Of a DNA stretch of 64,000 bases, positions 27,088 to 37,562 are shown piece by piece (position 1 is the first letter of the stretch; each line of letters begins with the position of its first letter). A model generated the notes under the pieces. It saw only the letters and a program-made list of their open reading frames with translations. It was not told where the DNA came from and did not search any database. The DNA is from Bacilli bacterium (GTDB lineage Bacteria > Bacillota_I > Bacilli_A > RF39 > UBA660), in assembly GCA_016302935.1 (NCBI GenBank), contig JAEDMO010000001.1, forward strand, positions 141-64,140, read 5' to 3'. A program made the translations under genes and the position numbers.

Positions 27088-28005
27088 TTAAATTTTTTTA
27101 ATTTGGGTATTTTGATAATAATGAGTTAGTATTTCTTTATAGTTATAGCCTTTTTTAGCCATTCCTAAGGCACCATACTGGCTCATTCCAACGCCATGTC
27201 CATAACCAATAGTAGTTATTATTACATTGGTGTTTTCTTGTTCTATGGTAAAGTCTGTAGATCTAATTTTTAATTTGTTATATATTTCACGTCCGGTAAA
27301 TTCTTGATTGTTAATTTTTATTTTTAGGATACGATTAGTAGCACTTCTATCTATGTTTTCTATTTTTATTTTTTCTTGATAGGGTAGGTTTAGTCGTTCA
27401 TAAAATTCTTGAAGTGACATTTCTTTAGTGGTTTTAAAAGCGGTAGTTACTTCTTTATCCCAAGGTGATGATACACTTTTTAAATAAGAAACAGCAAAGT
27501 TAAATACCAATTCACTATTTTCGGTATAACCATTGCTAGTTGAAAAAAATAGGGCATCGGCGATTTGTCCATCACATTCTAAATATTCGTTAAATGTTTC
27601 ATTTACAGCTGTTTTTAATTTATTAATATTTTTTATGTAATTATCTCCCCAAGCTTTTTTTAAGTGTTCATTATCTAGGTATACTTGATTTGTTACACTA
27701 TCTACAACATCATAGTCTTTATCTTTATTATAATCTAATCTTTTTAAGACATAGCTTCTTGATGCAACTGCTTGGGCTTTTAGAGCTTCTAATTCAAATG
27801 ATATGGGCATTTCTCCTGCTAAAACACCTAATACATATTCATTTAGTTCAATTTCATCTATTTTATCTTTTTGTAATCTTTTGACTCTTACTTTGATGTT
27901 TTCATCGGTTTTAAGTTCTATTTCTTTAATGTTTTTTGAATATAGATTTAATATAAAATATGGTATTATGATAATAAAAAAAGTAAATATTATAATTTTT
28001 TTCAT
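27088..28005 (-). CDS. spoIID: SpoIID/LytB family protein (stage II sporulation protein D-like)
   Basis: 305 aa. C-terminal GYGHGVGMSQYGALGMAKKG is the SpoIID/LytB signature. Confidence 0.8.
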   Translation of the reverse strand: MKKIIIFTFFIIIIPYFILNLYSKNIKEIELKTDENIKVRVKRLQKDKIDEIELNEYVLGVLAGEMPISFELEALKAQAVASRSYVLKRLDYNKDKDYDVVDSVTNQVYLDNEHLKKAWGDNYIKNINKLKTAVNETFNEYLECDGQIADALFFSTSNGYTENSELVFNFAVSYLKSVSSPWDKEVTTAFKTTKEMSLQEFYERLNLPYQEKIKIENIDRSATNRILKIKINNQEFTGREIYNKLKIRSTDFTIEQENTNVIITTIGYGHGVGMSQYGALGMAKKGYNYKEILTHYYQNTQIKKI

Positions 28006-28013
28006 AGTTCCTC

Positions 28014-28205
28014 CTAAAATTTGGTTACTACTATAAAATCTACTATAAAATTTACTACTAAATAACTTAATGAAAATATTATGGCTACATATATTATTCT
28101 AGCTTGAACTGGTCTATTTTTTTTGAATATTGCATTAATGTTGATACTATCTAGACTCCATACGATTAATGGAAAGACAATTAAGTAGCAAGCAAGTTTA
28201 ATCAT
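28014..28205 (-). CDS. Small membrane protein, hypothetical
   Basis: 63 aa, two predicted TM helices. Overlaps the rpiB start by 8 nt. Confidence 0.3.
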   Translation of the reverse strand: MIKLACYLIVFPLIVWSLDSININAIFKKNRPVQARIIYVAIIFSLSYLVVNFIVDFIVVTKF

Positions 28206-28638
28206 TTTCGTACTCTTTAATTTTTTGAATTCTTTCTATATGTCTTTTATCATTACTAAAATTTGTATTTATAAATTTGTCTACTATGTCCTTAGCTATA
28301 TCGCTGCTTATTTTAGCAGATAAAGCTAAGGCGTTTGCATCGTTATGACTTCTTGCTAGAATAGCTTCTTCTTCGTTAGATGCTTTAGCACACCTGATAC
28401 CTTTAACTTTATTTAAGGCTATATCCATTCCAATACCAGTTCCACAGATAGCTATACCTAAGTCTATGTCTTTTGTTTGAAGACTCTTTCCTAATTTAAA
28501 AGCGTAATCTGGGTAGTCGACACTATCGTCGCTATCTGTTCCATAATCTATTATATTATATCCTTTGTTTTCTAAATAATTTGTCAGGGTTTGTTTTAAA
28601 ACCAAACCTCTATGGTCATTAGTTATTCCTATTTTCAT
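28198..28638 (-). CDS. rpiB: Ribose-5-phosphate isomerase B
   Basis: 146 aa. MKIGITNDHRG ... and the GTGIGMDIALNK motifs are typical of RpiB/LacAB. Confidence 0.85.
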   Translation of the reverse strand: MKIGITNDHRGLVLKQTLTNYLENKGYNIIDYGTDSDDSVDYPDYAFKLGKSLQTKDIDLGIAICGTGIGMDIALNKVKGIRCAKASNEEEAILARSHNDANALALSAKISSDIAKDIVDKFINTNFSNDKRHIERIQKIKEYEND

Positions 28639-28642
28639 AATA

Positions 28643-29404
28643 TCATCCTTTCAATAGTTTTTCTAAATATGCTTTTACTCCGTTTTCATTGTTGGTTAAT
28701 GTTATTTCATCACTTATTTCTTTTAGTTTCAAAATGGCGTTACCCATAGCAACTTTGTAGCCTACTTTTTGAAATAAACTTATATCGTTGATAGAATCAC
28801 CTAAAGCTATAGTTTTATTTTTTTCATATTTTAATAACTTATAAAGATATTCTGCCGATGATCCTTTGGATGCTTTTTTATTAATAATATCTATATAGTA
28901 AAATGTAGGCTTGTTTTTATTATCTATTAAATATCTTGAATAATTACTAATATGGATATTTTCTTGTTTCTTTAATATATCAATTAATTTTAATATTGTC
29001 TTTTTATTTTTATCTTTTATAGTTATTTTGGATATTTTTGGTAATTCTTCACTATTTTTGTTTATATTATAATAACTTTTTTCACTGTTGGTAGCAGTGT
29101 AAGTGCTTTTACCAATTTTAGATAATATTAGCTTTAAATCTTCTTCGCTTATAAAGATTTCTTTGATGATTTTTTCTTCTTTTAAGTTATAAATTACAGC
29201 TCCATCACTGGCAATAAGGTAGTCTTTGATGTTCAAAGATTTAATAACGGGTTTTAAGTACATAAGGTCTCTTCCAGATGTAATAATGATCCTATTATTT
29301 TTATCTATTGTTTTTTTTAAGATTTCTTTTGTTTGGATACTAATTTGGCGACTGGAATTGCGCAGTGTACCATCTAAGTCAATGAAAATTAAATAATTAG
29401 ACAT
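28643..29404 (-). CDS. Cof-type HAD-IIB family hydrolase
   Basis: 253 aa. FIDLDGTL motif I and GDSINDISL motif IV. Confidence 0.75.
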   Translation of the reverse strand: MSNYLIFIDLDGTLRNSSRQISIQTKEILKKTIDKNNRIIITSGRDLMYLKPVIKSLNIKDYLIASDGAVIYNLKEEKIIKEIFISEEDLKLILSKIGKSTYTATNSEKSYYNINKNSEELPKISKITIKDKNKKTILKLIDILKKQENIHISNYSRYLIDNKNKPTFYYIDIINKKASKGSSAEYLYKLLKYEKNKTIALGDSINDISLFQKVGYKVAMGNAILKLKEISDEITLTNNENGVKAYLEKLLKG

Positions 29405-29459
29405 ATATTCTCCTTATAATTTGATTATATCATATTGTAATAAAATATTATTCTTTTTG

Positions 29460-30011
29460 CTATTTTTGATGATGATTTGACATTTTTAATACTTTGGGAT
29501 AATGCGTTTCTATTGTTTTGTCTAAATCAAATAAGCTGTTGATAACTGGATATTCACTTTCTTTTAGTTTGGGATCAAAATGGATAGGAAGTCCTCCTTT
29601 GTTTTTCCAATATTTTAAATTTCCTTTGTAATCATCTACTAATATAGCGTTAGTAGGGTTTACATAATGGCTTTTACATATTTCTTTGGGAACAGCGATT
29701 ACTTTTATTTGATTTGATACTTCTTTTATTATTTTTAATTTGTCCTCGGCTTCTTTTATGGAATTGACGTGAGTTAAAATTTTGGTTATGTATCTTTTAT
29801 CTTTAATTAGTTCTTGGAGTGCTGTTAAGGAGTTATTGATTTCTTTGGCGTTTTTAATCATATTATAAAAGTCAATTTGTCTAATTAATTTAGTAATTAG
29901 ATCTTGTTGTTCTGCTGCTAAGCCTGCTTGTAATATTAATGCGTCAATTATTTCATTAGTGTTATATATTACTCCATCAAAATCTATATATCTATATATG
30001 GCGTTGTTCAT
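29460..30011 (-). CDS. Hypothetical protein, HAD-like (putative nucleotidase-like)
   Basis: 183 aa. IDFDGVI resembles HAD motif I and ILVDD motif III. Weak call. Confidence 0.35.
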   Translation of the reverse strand: MNNAIYRYIDFDGVIYNTNEIIDALILQAGLAAEQQDLITKLIRQIDFYNMIKNAKEINNSLTALQELIKDKRYITKILTHVNSIKEAEDKLKIIKEVSNQIKVIAVPKEICKSHYVNPTNAILVDDYKGNLKYWKNKGGLPIHFDPKLKESEYPVINSLFDLDKTIETHYPKVLKMSNHHQK

Positions 30012-30117
30012 CTTTCACCAACTTTCTTTGTAATTTAATTATAACATGTATAAATTTATGTTCAGACTTTACTTGACATTATTTTTAAAAAAAATAAGAA
30101 TAAATTTTAACTTATTC

Positions 30118-30318
30118 TTACTTTAAACCATATTTTTTATTAAATTTTTCAACATTTCCTTTTTTAGATGCCATCATTTGTTTTCCTGTATAGAATGGAT
30201 GACATTTTGAACATACTTCAACATGGATAGGATCTTTGGTTGATTCTGTTTGAAATGTTTCTCCACAAGCACAAGTTACTGTGGCTAATACAGTTTTTGG
30301 ATGTATTCCTTTTTTCAT
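30118..30318 (-). CDS. rpmE: 50S ribosomal protein L31
   Basis: [10 protein letters not shown] ... CxC ... [12 protein letters not shown]. The track ORF extends 7 codons upstream (MAEGGKI), but that extension contains the GGAGG RBS for the internal ATG, so I trimmed the start. Confidence 0.9.
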   Translation of the reverse strand: MKKGIHPKTVLATVTCACGETFQTESTKDPIHVEVCSKCHPFYTGKQMMASKKGNVEKFNKKYGLK

Positions 30319-30380
30319 TATTTTTCCTCCTTCTGCCATAACTAATTTAGTTATAGTAACACAAATCGCTTATTATTATA

Positions 30381-31073
30381 TCAGTAATTTTTAACTTTTT
30401 CAACTATTATTTTATAAATTTGATAATATCCTTCATTATTAGGGATAAAATTGGTATTATTTATAAAATATTTAGGATTATTACTTAGTTTTTCTGCGAT
30501 ATCGATATATTCAAATCCATTTAATTCGGTAACTTTTTTTAACTTAATATTGGCATAAGCAAAAATATCTTGATTCTCATTTGTTATATCATAATAATTT
30601 AATACGAGAACTTTACGATGATTTAATTTGTTAATTTTGCTAAACAGAACTTTTAAATCTTCAGTCATTTCGTTTATATAACTATATACATTATCGTTAT
30701 TTAACATTATTTTTGAATATAGTTCATTCATTCCTATAGAAATTGTAATGATATCTGCTTTGAAAATTAGTTGATTAATTGTTATTTTTTTATCGTTTAT
30801 TTTAGTTTCTTTGTTTTCGTTTAGAAGATTAATTAAATCTATAATTCGATAATCTTTGTCTGTGAAGTCTTTGTTATATCCTTCTAATTTTTTTTGTTTT
30901 TTTAAGTAATCTTTTAAATAATCACTATATCCGTATCCAATTTTATTATACGGGGTATTTCCTTTTGATATTGCGTCTCCTAGCGATAAATAATATATTT
31001 TGTTATCCGCAGTTTTTATGTGAATTAGATAACATGATAAAAAAAGAATTAAAATAAATATTACTTTTTTCAT
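30381..31073 (-). CDS. SGNH/GDSL-like secreted or lipoprotein (possibly non-catalytic)
   Basis: 230 aa. Signal peptide with LSC. Block I reads LSLGDAISKG, with Ala where the GDS Ser normally sits. I could not find a clear C-terminal DxxH. Confidence 0.35.
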   Translation of the reverse strand: MKKVIFILILFLSCYLIHIKTADNKIYYLSLGDAISKGNTPYNKIGYGYSDYLKDYLKKQKKLEGYNKDFTDKDYRIIDLINLLNENKETKINDKKITINQLIFKADIITISIGMNELYSKIMLNNDNVYSYINEMTEDLKVLFSKINKLNHRKVLVLNYYDITNENQDIFAYANIKLKKVTELNGFEYIDIAEKLSNNPKYFINNTNFIPNNEGYYQIYKIIVEKVKNY

Positions 31074-31098
31074 AGGTCACTTCCTATTTTAAGTATAT

Positions 31099-32349
31099 TT
31101 ATATTAATTCTATTTTAGCACCTACTTGCGATAACTTGGTAATGATGTTTTCGTATCCTCTTATTATGTGTTCGATATTACTTATCGTAGTTGTTCCTTC
31201 AGCGATTAGTCCTAGGACTACTAGGGAAGCTCCTCCTCTTAAATCGGTGGCACTTACTTGTTTGCCTTTTAGAGGGGTGGGACCTGAGATAATTGCATTT
31301 TTGTTACCAATCACTTCTATTTTAGCTCCCATTTTGTTAGTGTCTTTGATATTTTGAAATCTGTTTTCATAAATTGTTTCTTCTATTCTACTTATACCAT
31401 TACATTGAGTTAGTAAGGGAACAATTATTTGTTGTAGGTCTGTTGGATAACCGGGGTAAACTTGTGTCTTTATTTTTAGTGGTTTATATTTATCACTTCT
31501 GTTTACAATGATGTAATCTTCTTTTATCTGAAGTTTAGCACCACATTCTTTTAATTTAGAAATTAGTGATTCTAGATGACTGGGAATAATTTTATTTATT
31601 TTTAGATTTTCTCCTAAAAGTGCTCCTATAATTAAGTAGGTGCCCGCTTCTATTCTATCGGGAATTACTTCTGTAAAGCATTTGTGTAAGTATTTTACTC
31701 CTTCTATTTTGATAATACTAGTTCCTGCTCCTTTAATTTTAGCTCCCATACTGTTTAAAAATGTAGCAACATTAACAATTTCTGGTTCTTTAGCGGCGTT
31801 TTCTATCGTTGTGTTTCCTTCTGCTTTTACCGCTGCTAGAAGGGTATTAATTGTTGCTCCAACGCTTGGAATATCTAAGTAAACATAGCCCCCAGTTAGT
31901 TTATCAGCGGTTATTTTGTATTTATTTCCATCTTCTTCTACTTTGGCTCCTAAAGCCGTATATCCTTTTAGAGTTTGATCTATCGGTCTTGCTCCAATTG
32001 AGCATCCACCTGGAAAATACATCGATACTTCTTTGTATTTACCGAGTAGGGCAGACATAAAATAATATGATGCTCTTAGTTTTTTAGAAATAATTTCTGG
32101 TATTTCTTTATTTTCTAGAGTGCTGGTATCAATTTTTATGGTGTCATTATTTTTTTCTATTTTAGCATTTAAATATGTTAGTATTTCTTCTAGAGCTTCA
32201 ACGTCAGATATTTGAGGAACATTACTGATAGTGCATTCTTCATCGCAAAGAATGGCTGCAGGTATCAGTGCTACTGCACTATTTTTAGCTCCACTTATAT
32301 CAATAGTTCCGCTTAGAATGTGTTTTCCTTCTATTTTTATTTTAGGCAT
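31099..32349 (-). CDS. murA: UDP-N-acetylglucosamine 1-carboxyvinyltransferase
   Basis: 416 aa. EPSP-synthase fold with the catalytic-Cys loop FPGGCSIGARPID. Confidence 0.9.
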   Translation of the reverse strand: MPKIKIEGKHILSGTIDISGAKNSAVALIPAAILCDEECTISNVPQISDVEALEEILTYLNAKIEKNNDTIKIDTSTLENKEIPEIISKKLRASYYFMSALLGKYKEVSMYFPGGCSIGARPIDQTLKGYTALGAKVEEDGNKYKITADKLTGGYVYLDIPSVGATINTLLAAVKAEGNTTIENAAKEPEIVNVATFLNSMGAKIKGAGTSIIKIEGVKYLHKCFTEVIPDRIEAGTYLIIGALLGENLKINKIIPSHLESLISKLKECGAKLQIKEDYIIVNRSDKYKPLKIKTQVYPGYPTDLQQIIVPLLTQCNGISRIEETIYENRFQNIKDTNKMGAKIEVIGNKNAIISGPTPLKGKQVSATDLRGGASLVVLGLIAEGTTTISNIEHIIRGYENIITKLSQVGAKIELI

Positions 32350-32366
32350 AAAAACCTCCTACCTTA

Positions 32367-33209
32367 TTATATGTTAGTGAACAAATTTGTCTTTTCTTTT
32401 ACGACTTTTTTTAAATTTTTTTCACCGGATGATATTATTTTTCTTGGGTCATATACATTAGGATTATTTTTAATATAATCTCTTACACCCTCATTCCAGG
32501 CTTGTTGCAATTCGGTATTTACATTTATTTTGGCAGTTCCGCATTGGATAGCTTTTTTTATCATAGTATCTGGTATGCCTGATCCCCCGTGCAATACAAG
32601 AGGAATGTTTATACTATTGCTTATTTTTTTCATAGTGTCAAAGTCTAAGTTTGGTTCTTTTTGATATGGTCCATGAACACTTCCTAGGGCAGGAGCCACA
32701 CTGTCAATATGAGTTTCGTTTACAAACTTGATAACATCTTCTAATTTAGCATTGGTGTTACTTGCACTAATGTTATCCTCTTTCCCACCAATTAAGCCTA
32801 TCTCACCTTCTACAGTAACGTTTCTTGGATAGGCATATTCTACTACCTTTTGGGTAAGGTTTATATTTTCTTCTAGGGGTAGGTGAGATCCATCGATCAT
32901 TACAGAAGTAAATCCTGCGTTAATGCAATCTTGGCAAACCGATAAGCTACTACCGTGGTCTAGATGTAAGGCTACATTTATAGTAATGTTTAATTCTTCA
33001 ATTAAACTTGTTACTATGTTGCTTACTACTTTAGGACCACCCATATATTTAATAGCTCCTTCGCTTACTCCTAGAATTACAGGTGTTTTTAATTGCTCAC
33101 ATTCTTCTAATATGTATTTTGTCCATTCTAAGTTATTAATATTAAATTGTGCGATGGCATACTTGTTTTCATATGCATTTTCTAGCATTATTTTAGTATT
33201 TGATATCAT
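32367..33209 (-). CDS. fba: Fructose-bisphosphate aldolase, class II
   Basis: 280 aa. ALHLDHGSS and LHGGSG motifs. Confidence 0.9.
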   Translation of the reverse strand: MISNTKIMLENAYENKYAIAQFNINNLEWTKYILEECEQLKTPVILGVSEGAIKYMGGPKVVSNIVTSLIEELNITINVALHLDHGSSLSVCQDCINAGFTSVMIDGSHLPLEENINLTQKVVEYAYPRNVTVEGEIGLIGGKEDNISASNTNAKLEDVIKFVNETHIDSVAPALGSVHGPYQKEPNLDFDTMKKISNSINIPLVLHGGSGIPDTMIKKAIQCGTAKINVNTELQQAWNEGVRDYIKNNPNVYDPRKIISSGEKNLKKVVKEKTNLFTNI

Positions 33210-33283
33210 ATTTAATCACCTATTTTTATGATAAATGATAAAAAAAAAGATGTCAACTTTTATGACACCTATTTACATTAATA

Positions 33284-33820
33284 TTATTTTATGAAATAGT
33301 ATATTGATAGTATTAGTAATATTATGCCTCCTATTAGGGTTGAGTATTTACCGAAATGGATATTTAACTGATTACCAAAATTAAGACCAAGGTAAGTAAA
33401 TGTCATACTGGTGAGGGCGAATATTAATGCTGATTGAATATAATTAGTGTTAATGACATGGAGTCCAATACCTGTGGAAAAACTATCAATGCTAACACTA
33501 AAGCCAAATAATAATAGTCCTTGTAAGTTTAATGGTTTGAGTTCCTCATTATCTTTAAATGTCGATACAATCATTTGGATTGATATAATTAAGAAAATAA
33601 TACTTACTAAGATATTTAGGTTTATGATTATATATTTTTCAATAATAGTACCAAAATATAGTCCGATTAAGGGCATTATAAAATGATAAGTACCTACAAT
33701 TAACGATAGAAGTATTTTGTTTTTCTTAGTAATACCTTTGGTTCCATATATAATCGATAGGGAAAAGGTATCCATACTTAAGCTAATTCCAATAATCAGA
33801 GTGGTTAATATTGTATCCAT
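33284..33820 (-). CDS. mntP: Manganese efflux pump MntP family (DUF204)
   Basis: 178 aa, 6 TM. Repeated SMDTFS / SIDSFSTG motifs. Confidence 0.65.
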   Translation of the reverse strand: MDTILTTLIIGISLSMDTFSLSIIYGTKGITKKNKILLSLIVGTYHFIMPLIGLYFGTIIEKYIIINLNILVSIIFLIISIQMIVSTFKDNEELKPLNLQGLLLFGFSVSIDSFSTGIGLHVINTNYIQSALIFALTSMTFTYLGLNFGNQLNIHFGKYSTLIGGIILLILSIYYFIK

Positions 33821-33869
33821 ATTTGTTCTCCTAAATAATATTACTAAAATTAAGGAGAATATATTACTG

Positions 33870-34394
33870 TTATTTTTTAAATATTTTATCTAGTAGTTCT
33901 AATACTTTGAATTTGTATTCAACTTCTGTATTTTCTTCTGCTTCTAAAAGACAAAGTGGGGGAAATAATACACACCACCAATTATCGCCTTGGCCACTTC
34001 CAATAGTTATGACTAAGGATTCATAATCTCCTTGTTCGTAGGTTACACCTTTATATACTTTTTTAGGAAAATAGTTAAGTCCAAAATTGATATTAATCTC
34101 TTTGGTATAATTTTTTTTAATAAATAGTTTTTCTATTTTTTCTCGATATTTATTTATGTTACTCTTGATGATATTGCGAGATGTTTCTATTTCGGTTATG
34201 TCGTTTAGATTATCTTTTATTTCTTCTTCCATTATTTTTTTTACTTCATTTTTTATGTATTGATCATAGACACTGTTAGAATCGGCGATAATCCTTAATC
34301 TTATGGCACTTTTGGGAATAATGATATTTTCTTTGTTATTGGTTATTTGATAGATTATAAAGATACTTAATACAATAATTATGGTTTTTTTCAT
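33870..34394 (-). CDS. spoIIR: Stage II sporulation protein R
   Basis: 174 aa. Signal/TM. IRLRIIADSNS and C-terminal GDNWWCVLFPPLC match SpoIIR. Confidence 0.7.
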   Translation of the reverse strand: MKKTIIIVLSIFIIYQITNNKENIIIPKSAIRLRIIADSNSVYDQYIKNEVKKIMEEEIKDNLNDITEIETSRNIIKSNINKYREKIEKLFIKKNYTKEININFGLNYFPKKVYKGVTYEQGDYESLVITIGSGQGDNWWCVLFPPLCLLEAEENTEVEYKFKVLELLDKIFKK

Positions 34395-34451
34395 ATAAAA
34401 AAATCACCCTTTCATTTAATTTATGGGTAATTTTTTTTAAATTTATACAAT

Positions 34452-34853
34452 TTATATTTTTCTAATATTATTTATAATCATATTTATTGTTAATATAAAA
34501 ATAATTATTTTATAATTTTTACTTATACTGTTAATAGATTTTTCAAAATAATTGTTTTGGGTGAATATATCTATTAAATATAGGATAGTTAATAAAAACA
34601 ATATTATTAATAGTGGAATTGCTAAAATGTTATATTTTAGTGACGAGATAAAATTTAATTTTAATATTTCTTTGAAGGCTCTGGTAAGTCCACAAGCGGG
34701 ACAAGATATTTTAAAGATTTTTTTAAATAAGCATGGGCAGTTAATTAATTTGGTGAAAAGAAAAAGAAGTATTATAATTCCTATTACTATTGGAATAAAA
34801 TACTTTTTAAATTTACTTATTTTAGTCTTTGAGTGGGATGTTGTTAGCATCAA
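34452..34853 (-). CDS. DUF2752 domain membrane protein
   Basis: 133 aa. CPCLFKKIFKISCPACGLTRAF matches the DUF2752 signature. Confidence 0.55.
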   Translation of the reverse strand: MMLTTSHSKTKISKFKKYFIPIVIGIIILLFLFTKLINCPCLFKKIFKISCPACGLTRAFKEILKLNFISSLKYNILAIPLLIILFLLTILYLIDIFTQNNYFEKSINSISKNYKIIIFILTINMIINNIRKI

Positions 34854-35160
34854 CGTTAATATTGCCCGCTAAAATCATTATACCTTCTACTAATCCCCAA
34901 ATACCTACTATGGGACTTAAAATTCCACAACTTAGTATACTAATTAATAGTTGAGTTGTAGCTTTTCCATTATATCCTAGGTAAAAGTTATGCACTCCTA
35001 AGGCTCCTAGAAATATTCCTAGTAAACCTGCTACTAGTTTGGATTTAGCGTTTGGATTAGTGTTTGCTGTTTTTTGGTTTTGTACATATTTACCACAGTT
35101 TAAACAAACGTCTTGGTCATCGTTTAATTTAGCCCCACAGTTTTGACAGAATTTTGCCAT
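34822..35160 (-). CDS. Zinc-ribbon plus TM2 domain protein
   Basis: 112 aa. CQNCG...CLNCG zinc ribbon, then GIFLGALGVHNFYLGY of the TM2 domain. Confidence 0.55.
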   Translation of the reverse strand: MAKFCQNCGAKLNDDQDVCLNCGKYVQNQKTANTNPNAKSKLVAGLLGIFLGALGVHNFYLGYNGKATTQLLISILSCGILSPIVGIWGLVEGIMILAGNINVDANNIPLKD

Positions 35161-35210
35161 ACTACCACTCCTTTTCTTTTTTTATTATATCATACATTTT
35201 TGTTTTTTTG

Positions 35211-35972
35211 CTAATTATTTATAATGAAGATAAATCGATCTTTTCCGCTATAATCTTTTTCTATAATTATTTTAGGGTTATCTAAATATTTGATTGCTAA
35301 TTCTTCAATTTTTTTTGCTTGGGTATGTCCTATTTCAAATGCTATTAGATAGTTGTTAGGAAGGTTATTCATAAGATTTTTTATTATTTTATGGTAATAA
35401 TATATTCCATTTTCTTTTGCATAAAGGGCGATATGAGGCTCGTTATTTTTGACAATATCCATGATTTCTTCGCCATAGTCGATATAAGGTGGATTACTTA
35501 TGATAACATCGTATTTTTTGCTTAGTGGATTTTCCATATTTCCTTCTATAAAATTTATGCTTACTTTATTTTGATGAGCATTTTTCTTGGCAAGTTCTAT
35601 TGCTTCTTTACTTATATCTAAGGCATCAACTTCTAATGACGTTAATATTTTTTTTAGAGCAATAGCAATACAACCTGAGCCAGTTCCCAAATCTATAATG
35701 TTTAATTTTTTATTTTTGAAATGTTGATTAATATATTTAATGGTCTTTTCTACTAATAATTCGGTTTCAAAACGTGGTATTAGAACATTTTCGTTAACAT
35801 TAATAATGTTACCATAAAAGTCAACATTGCCAATAATGTACTGGATGGGTTTTCCTTCTTGTAATTGTTTTATTCCTTGTTGATATGTTTCTTTGCTGTA
35901 TAGATTATTATTTTTTAAGTATTTAAGATAGTAATTTGCTATGTTGGGGTCTACTTTATTATTATAGTTCAT
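35211..35972 (-). CDS. prmC: Release factor glutamine methyltransferase PrmC (HemK)
   Basis: 253 aa. DLGTGSGCIA and the IISNPPY motif. Sits downstream of prfA. Confidence 0.85.
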   Translation of the reverse strand: MNYNNKVDPNIANYYLKYLKNNNLYSKETYQQGIKQLQEGKPIQYIIGNVDFYGNIINVNENVLIPRFETELLVEKTIKYINQHFKNKKLNIIDLGTGSGCIAIALKKILTSLEVDALDISKEAIELAKKNAHQNKVSINFIEGNMENPLSKKYDVIISNPPYIDYGEEIMDIVKNNEPHIALYAKENGIYYYHKIIKNLMNNLPNNYLIAFEIGHTQAKKIEELAIKYLDNPKIIIEKDYSGKDRFIFIINN

Positions 35973-37026
35973 TGGTTTTTTCTAATTCCATTTTTTGATT
36001 GGCTGTTATTAATTCTTCAATTATGACACCAAGTTCACCATCCATTATGCGATCTAAATTCATTGAAGTAAAACCAATACGATGGTCGGTAACACGATTT
36101 TGGGGATAATTATAGGTTCTAATTTTTTCAGAACGATCACCTGTACCTATTTTTATTCTTCTTTCGGCATGTTCTTTTTCTTCTTGTTCTCTTAATTTTA
36201 AATCATATAATCTGGTTTTTAATATTTTCATTGCTTTTTCTTTGTTTTTAATTTGACTTCTTTCAGTTTGTGAATATACGATTATTCCGGTTGGAATGTG
36301 GGTTAGTCTAACGGCTGAATCGGTTGTGTTTACTCCTTGGCCACCACAGCCAGAACTTCTAGTTATATCAACTCTAATTTCTGATTCGTCTAATTCAAAA
36401 TCAAATTCTTCTGCTTCTGGCATTACTAAAACTGTAGCGGTTGATGTATGTACTCTTCCACCTGATTCGGTAGCTGGAACTCTTTGAACACGATGGGAAC
36501 CACTTTCATATTTTAATTTTGAATATGCTCCTGTTCCTTTAATCATAAACTCTATTTGAGCATACCCTCCCGAATTTCCTTCAACACTATTTAATATATC
36601 TATTTTCCACCCAAAATTACTAATGTATTTTTGATACATATCGAATAAATCTCCAGCAAAGATATTAGCTTCATCTCCACCTGCAGCTCCTCTTATTTCA
36701 ACAATTACGTTTTTATCATCATTAGGATCTTGTGGTAATAGAAGTATTTCTAATTTATCTGTTAAACTTTGTTTTTGTTCTTCTAAAGTAATTAATTCTT
36801 CCTTAGCAAACTCTCCTAATTCTTTATCTTTTATCATTTCTTTAGCTTCTTCTATATCATTTAATACTTTTTTATATTCATTATAGGTATCCACAACATT
36901 TTTTAATTTAACTTGCTCTTTGGATAATTCCGCTAATTTTTTTATGTCACTGCTAATGGTAGGAGAAGATAATTCTTCTGTTATCATATTATATTTTTTT
37001 AGAATTAGTTCTAATCGATTTATCAT
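35962..37026 (-). CDS. prfA: Peptide chain release factor 1
   Basis: 354 aa. GGQGVNTTDSAVRLTHIPTG (GGQ motif) and the PxT region. Confidence 0.95.
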   Translation of the reverse strand: MINRLELILKKYNMITEELSSPTISSDIKKLAELSKEQVKLKNVVDTYNEYKKVLNDIEEAKEMIKDKELGEFAKEELITLEEQKQSLTDKLEILLLPQDPNDDKNVIVEIRGAAGGDEANIFAGDLFDMYQKYISNFGWKIDILNSVEGNSGGYAQIEFMIKGTGAYSKLKYESGSHRVQRVPATESGGRVHTSTATVLVMPEAEEFDFELDESEIRVDITRSSGCGGQGVNTTDSAVRLTHIPTGIIVYSQTERSQIKNKEKAMKILKTRLYDLKLREQEEKEHAERRIKIGTGDRSEKIRTYNYPQNRVTDHRIGFTSMNLDRIMDGELGVIIEELITANQKMELEKTNEL

Positions 37027-37111
37027 AATATCAGTCCTTTTCTTTAATAAATTATATTATATATCTTGTTTTCTGTAAAGATAATTTGGTTTTAAAAAAA
37101 GAAAACTATAT

Positions 37112-37555
37112 TTAGTCTTCTAATTCTTCTTCGGCAACTATTGATAAATCAGATAGTTCGTCTTCTTCAAAATCATCATCGGTTATATCATCATAATTTT
37201 CTTCTTCGTCGATATTATCTTCCATTTCTTCCATTTCTATGTCTTCTTCTTTAGTATTTACTTCTATTTCTTCGTCTTCATAGATATCGTCAATATCTAT
37301 TTTTACTTTGTGATTAATTTTTAAATCCCAATTTCCATCTGCTAAGAGAATAAATTCTTTGGCAGTGGTTAGGCTTTCAAAGAAGTCTGGCATTTTTTCT
37401 TTGTATGTTTCTTCATCTAATTCAAGTAATTGACATACTACTTTAAATAAAGAAGCGGTATTTAAAGTTGTTTTATTTTCTTTCAAATAAAGTTCTGCTA
37501 TTTTTGTATAAGATAATTGTTCTATTTCTTCTTTTGTCATTTGGCTTAATTTCAT
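37112..37555 (-). CDS. rpoE: RNA polymerase delta subunit (RpoE) family
   Basis: 147 aa. N-terminal HARE-HTH-like domain, then a highly acidic D/E-rich C-terminal tail. Confidence 0.6.
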   Translation of the reverse strand: MKLSQMTKEEIEQLSYTKIAELYLKENKTTLNTASLFKVVCQLLELDEETYKEKMPDFFESLTTAKEFILLADGNWDLKINHKVKIDIDDIYEDEEIEVNTKEEDIEMEEMEDNIDEEENYDDITDDDFEEDELSDLSIVAEEELED

Positions 37556-37562
37556 TTTGCAC

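Noticed and set aside
30319-30339. N-terminal extensions of the track ORFs for rpmE (MAEGGKI), and likewise for dnaA (55313), mnmG (50838) and the ComK-like gene (57978)
   Set aside because: Each extension contains the Shine-Dalgarno sequence of a downstream in-frame ATG that matches the conserved protein N-terminus, so I used the shorter gene models.
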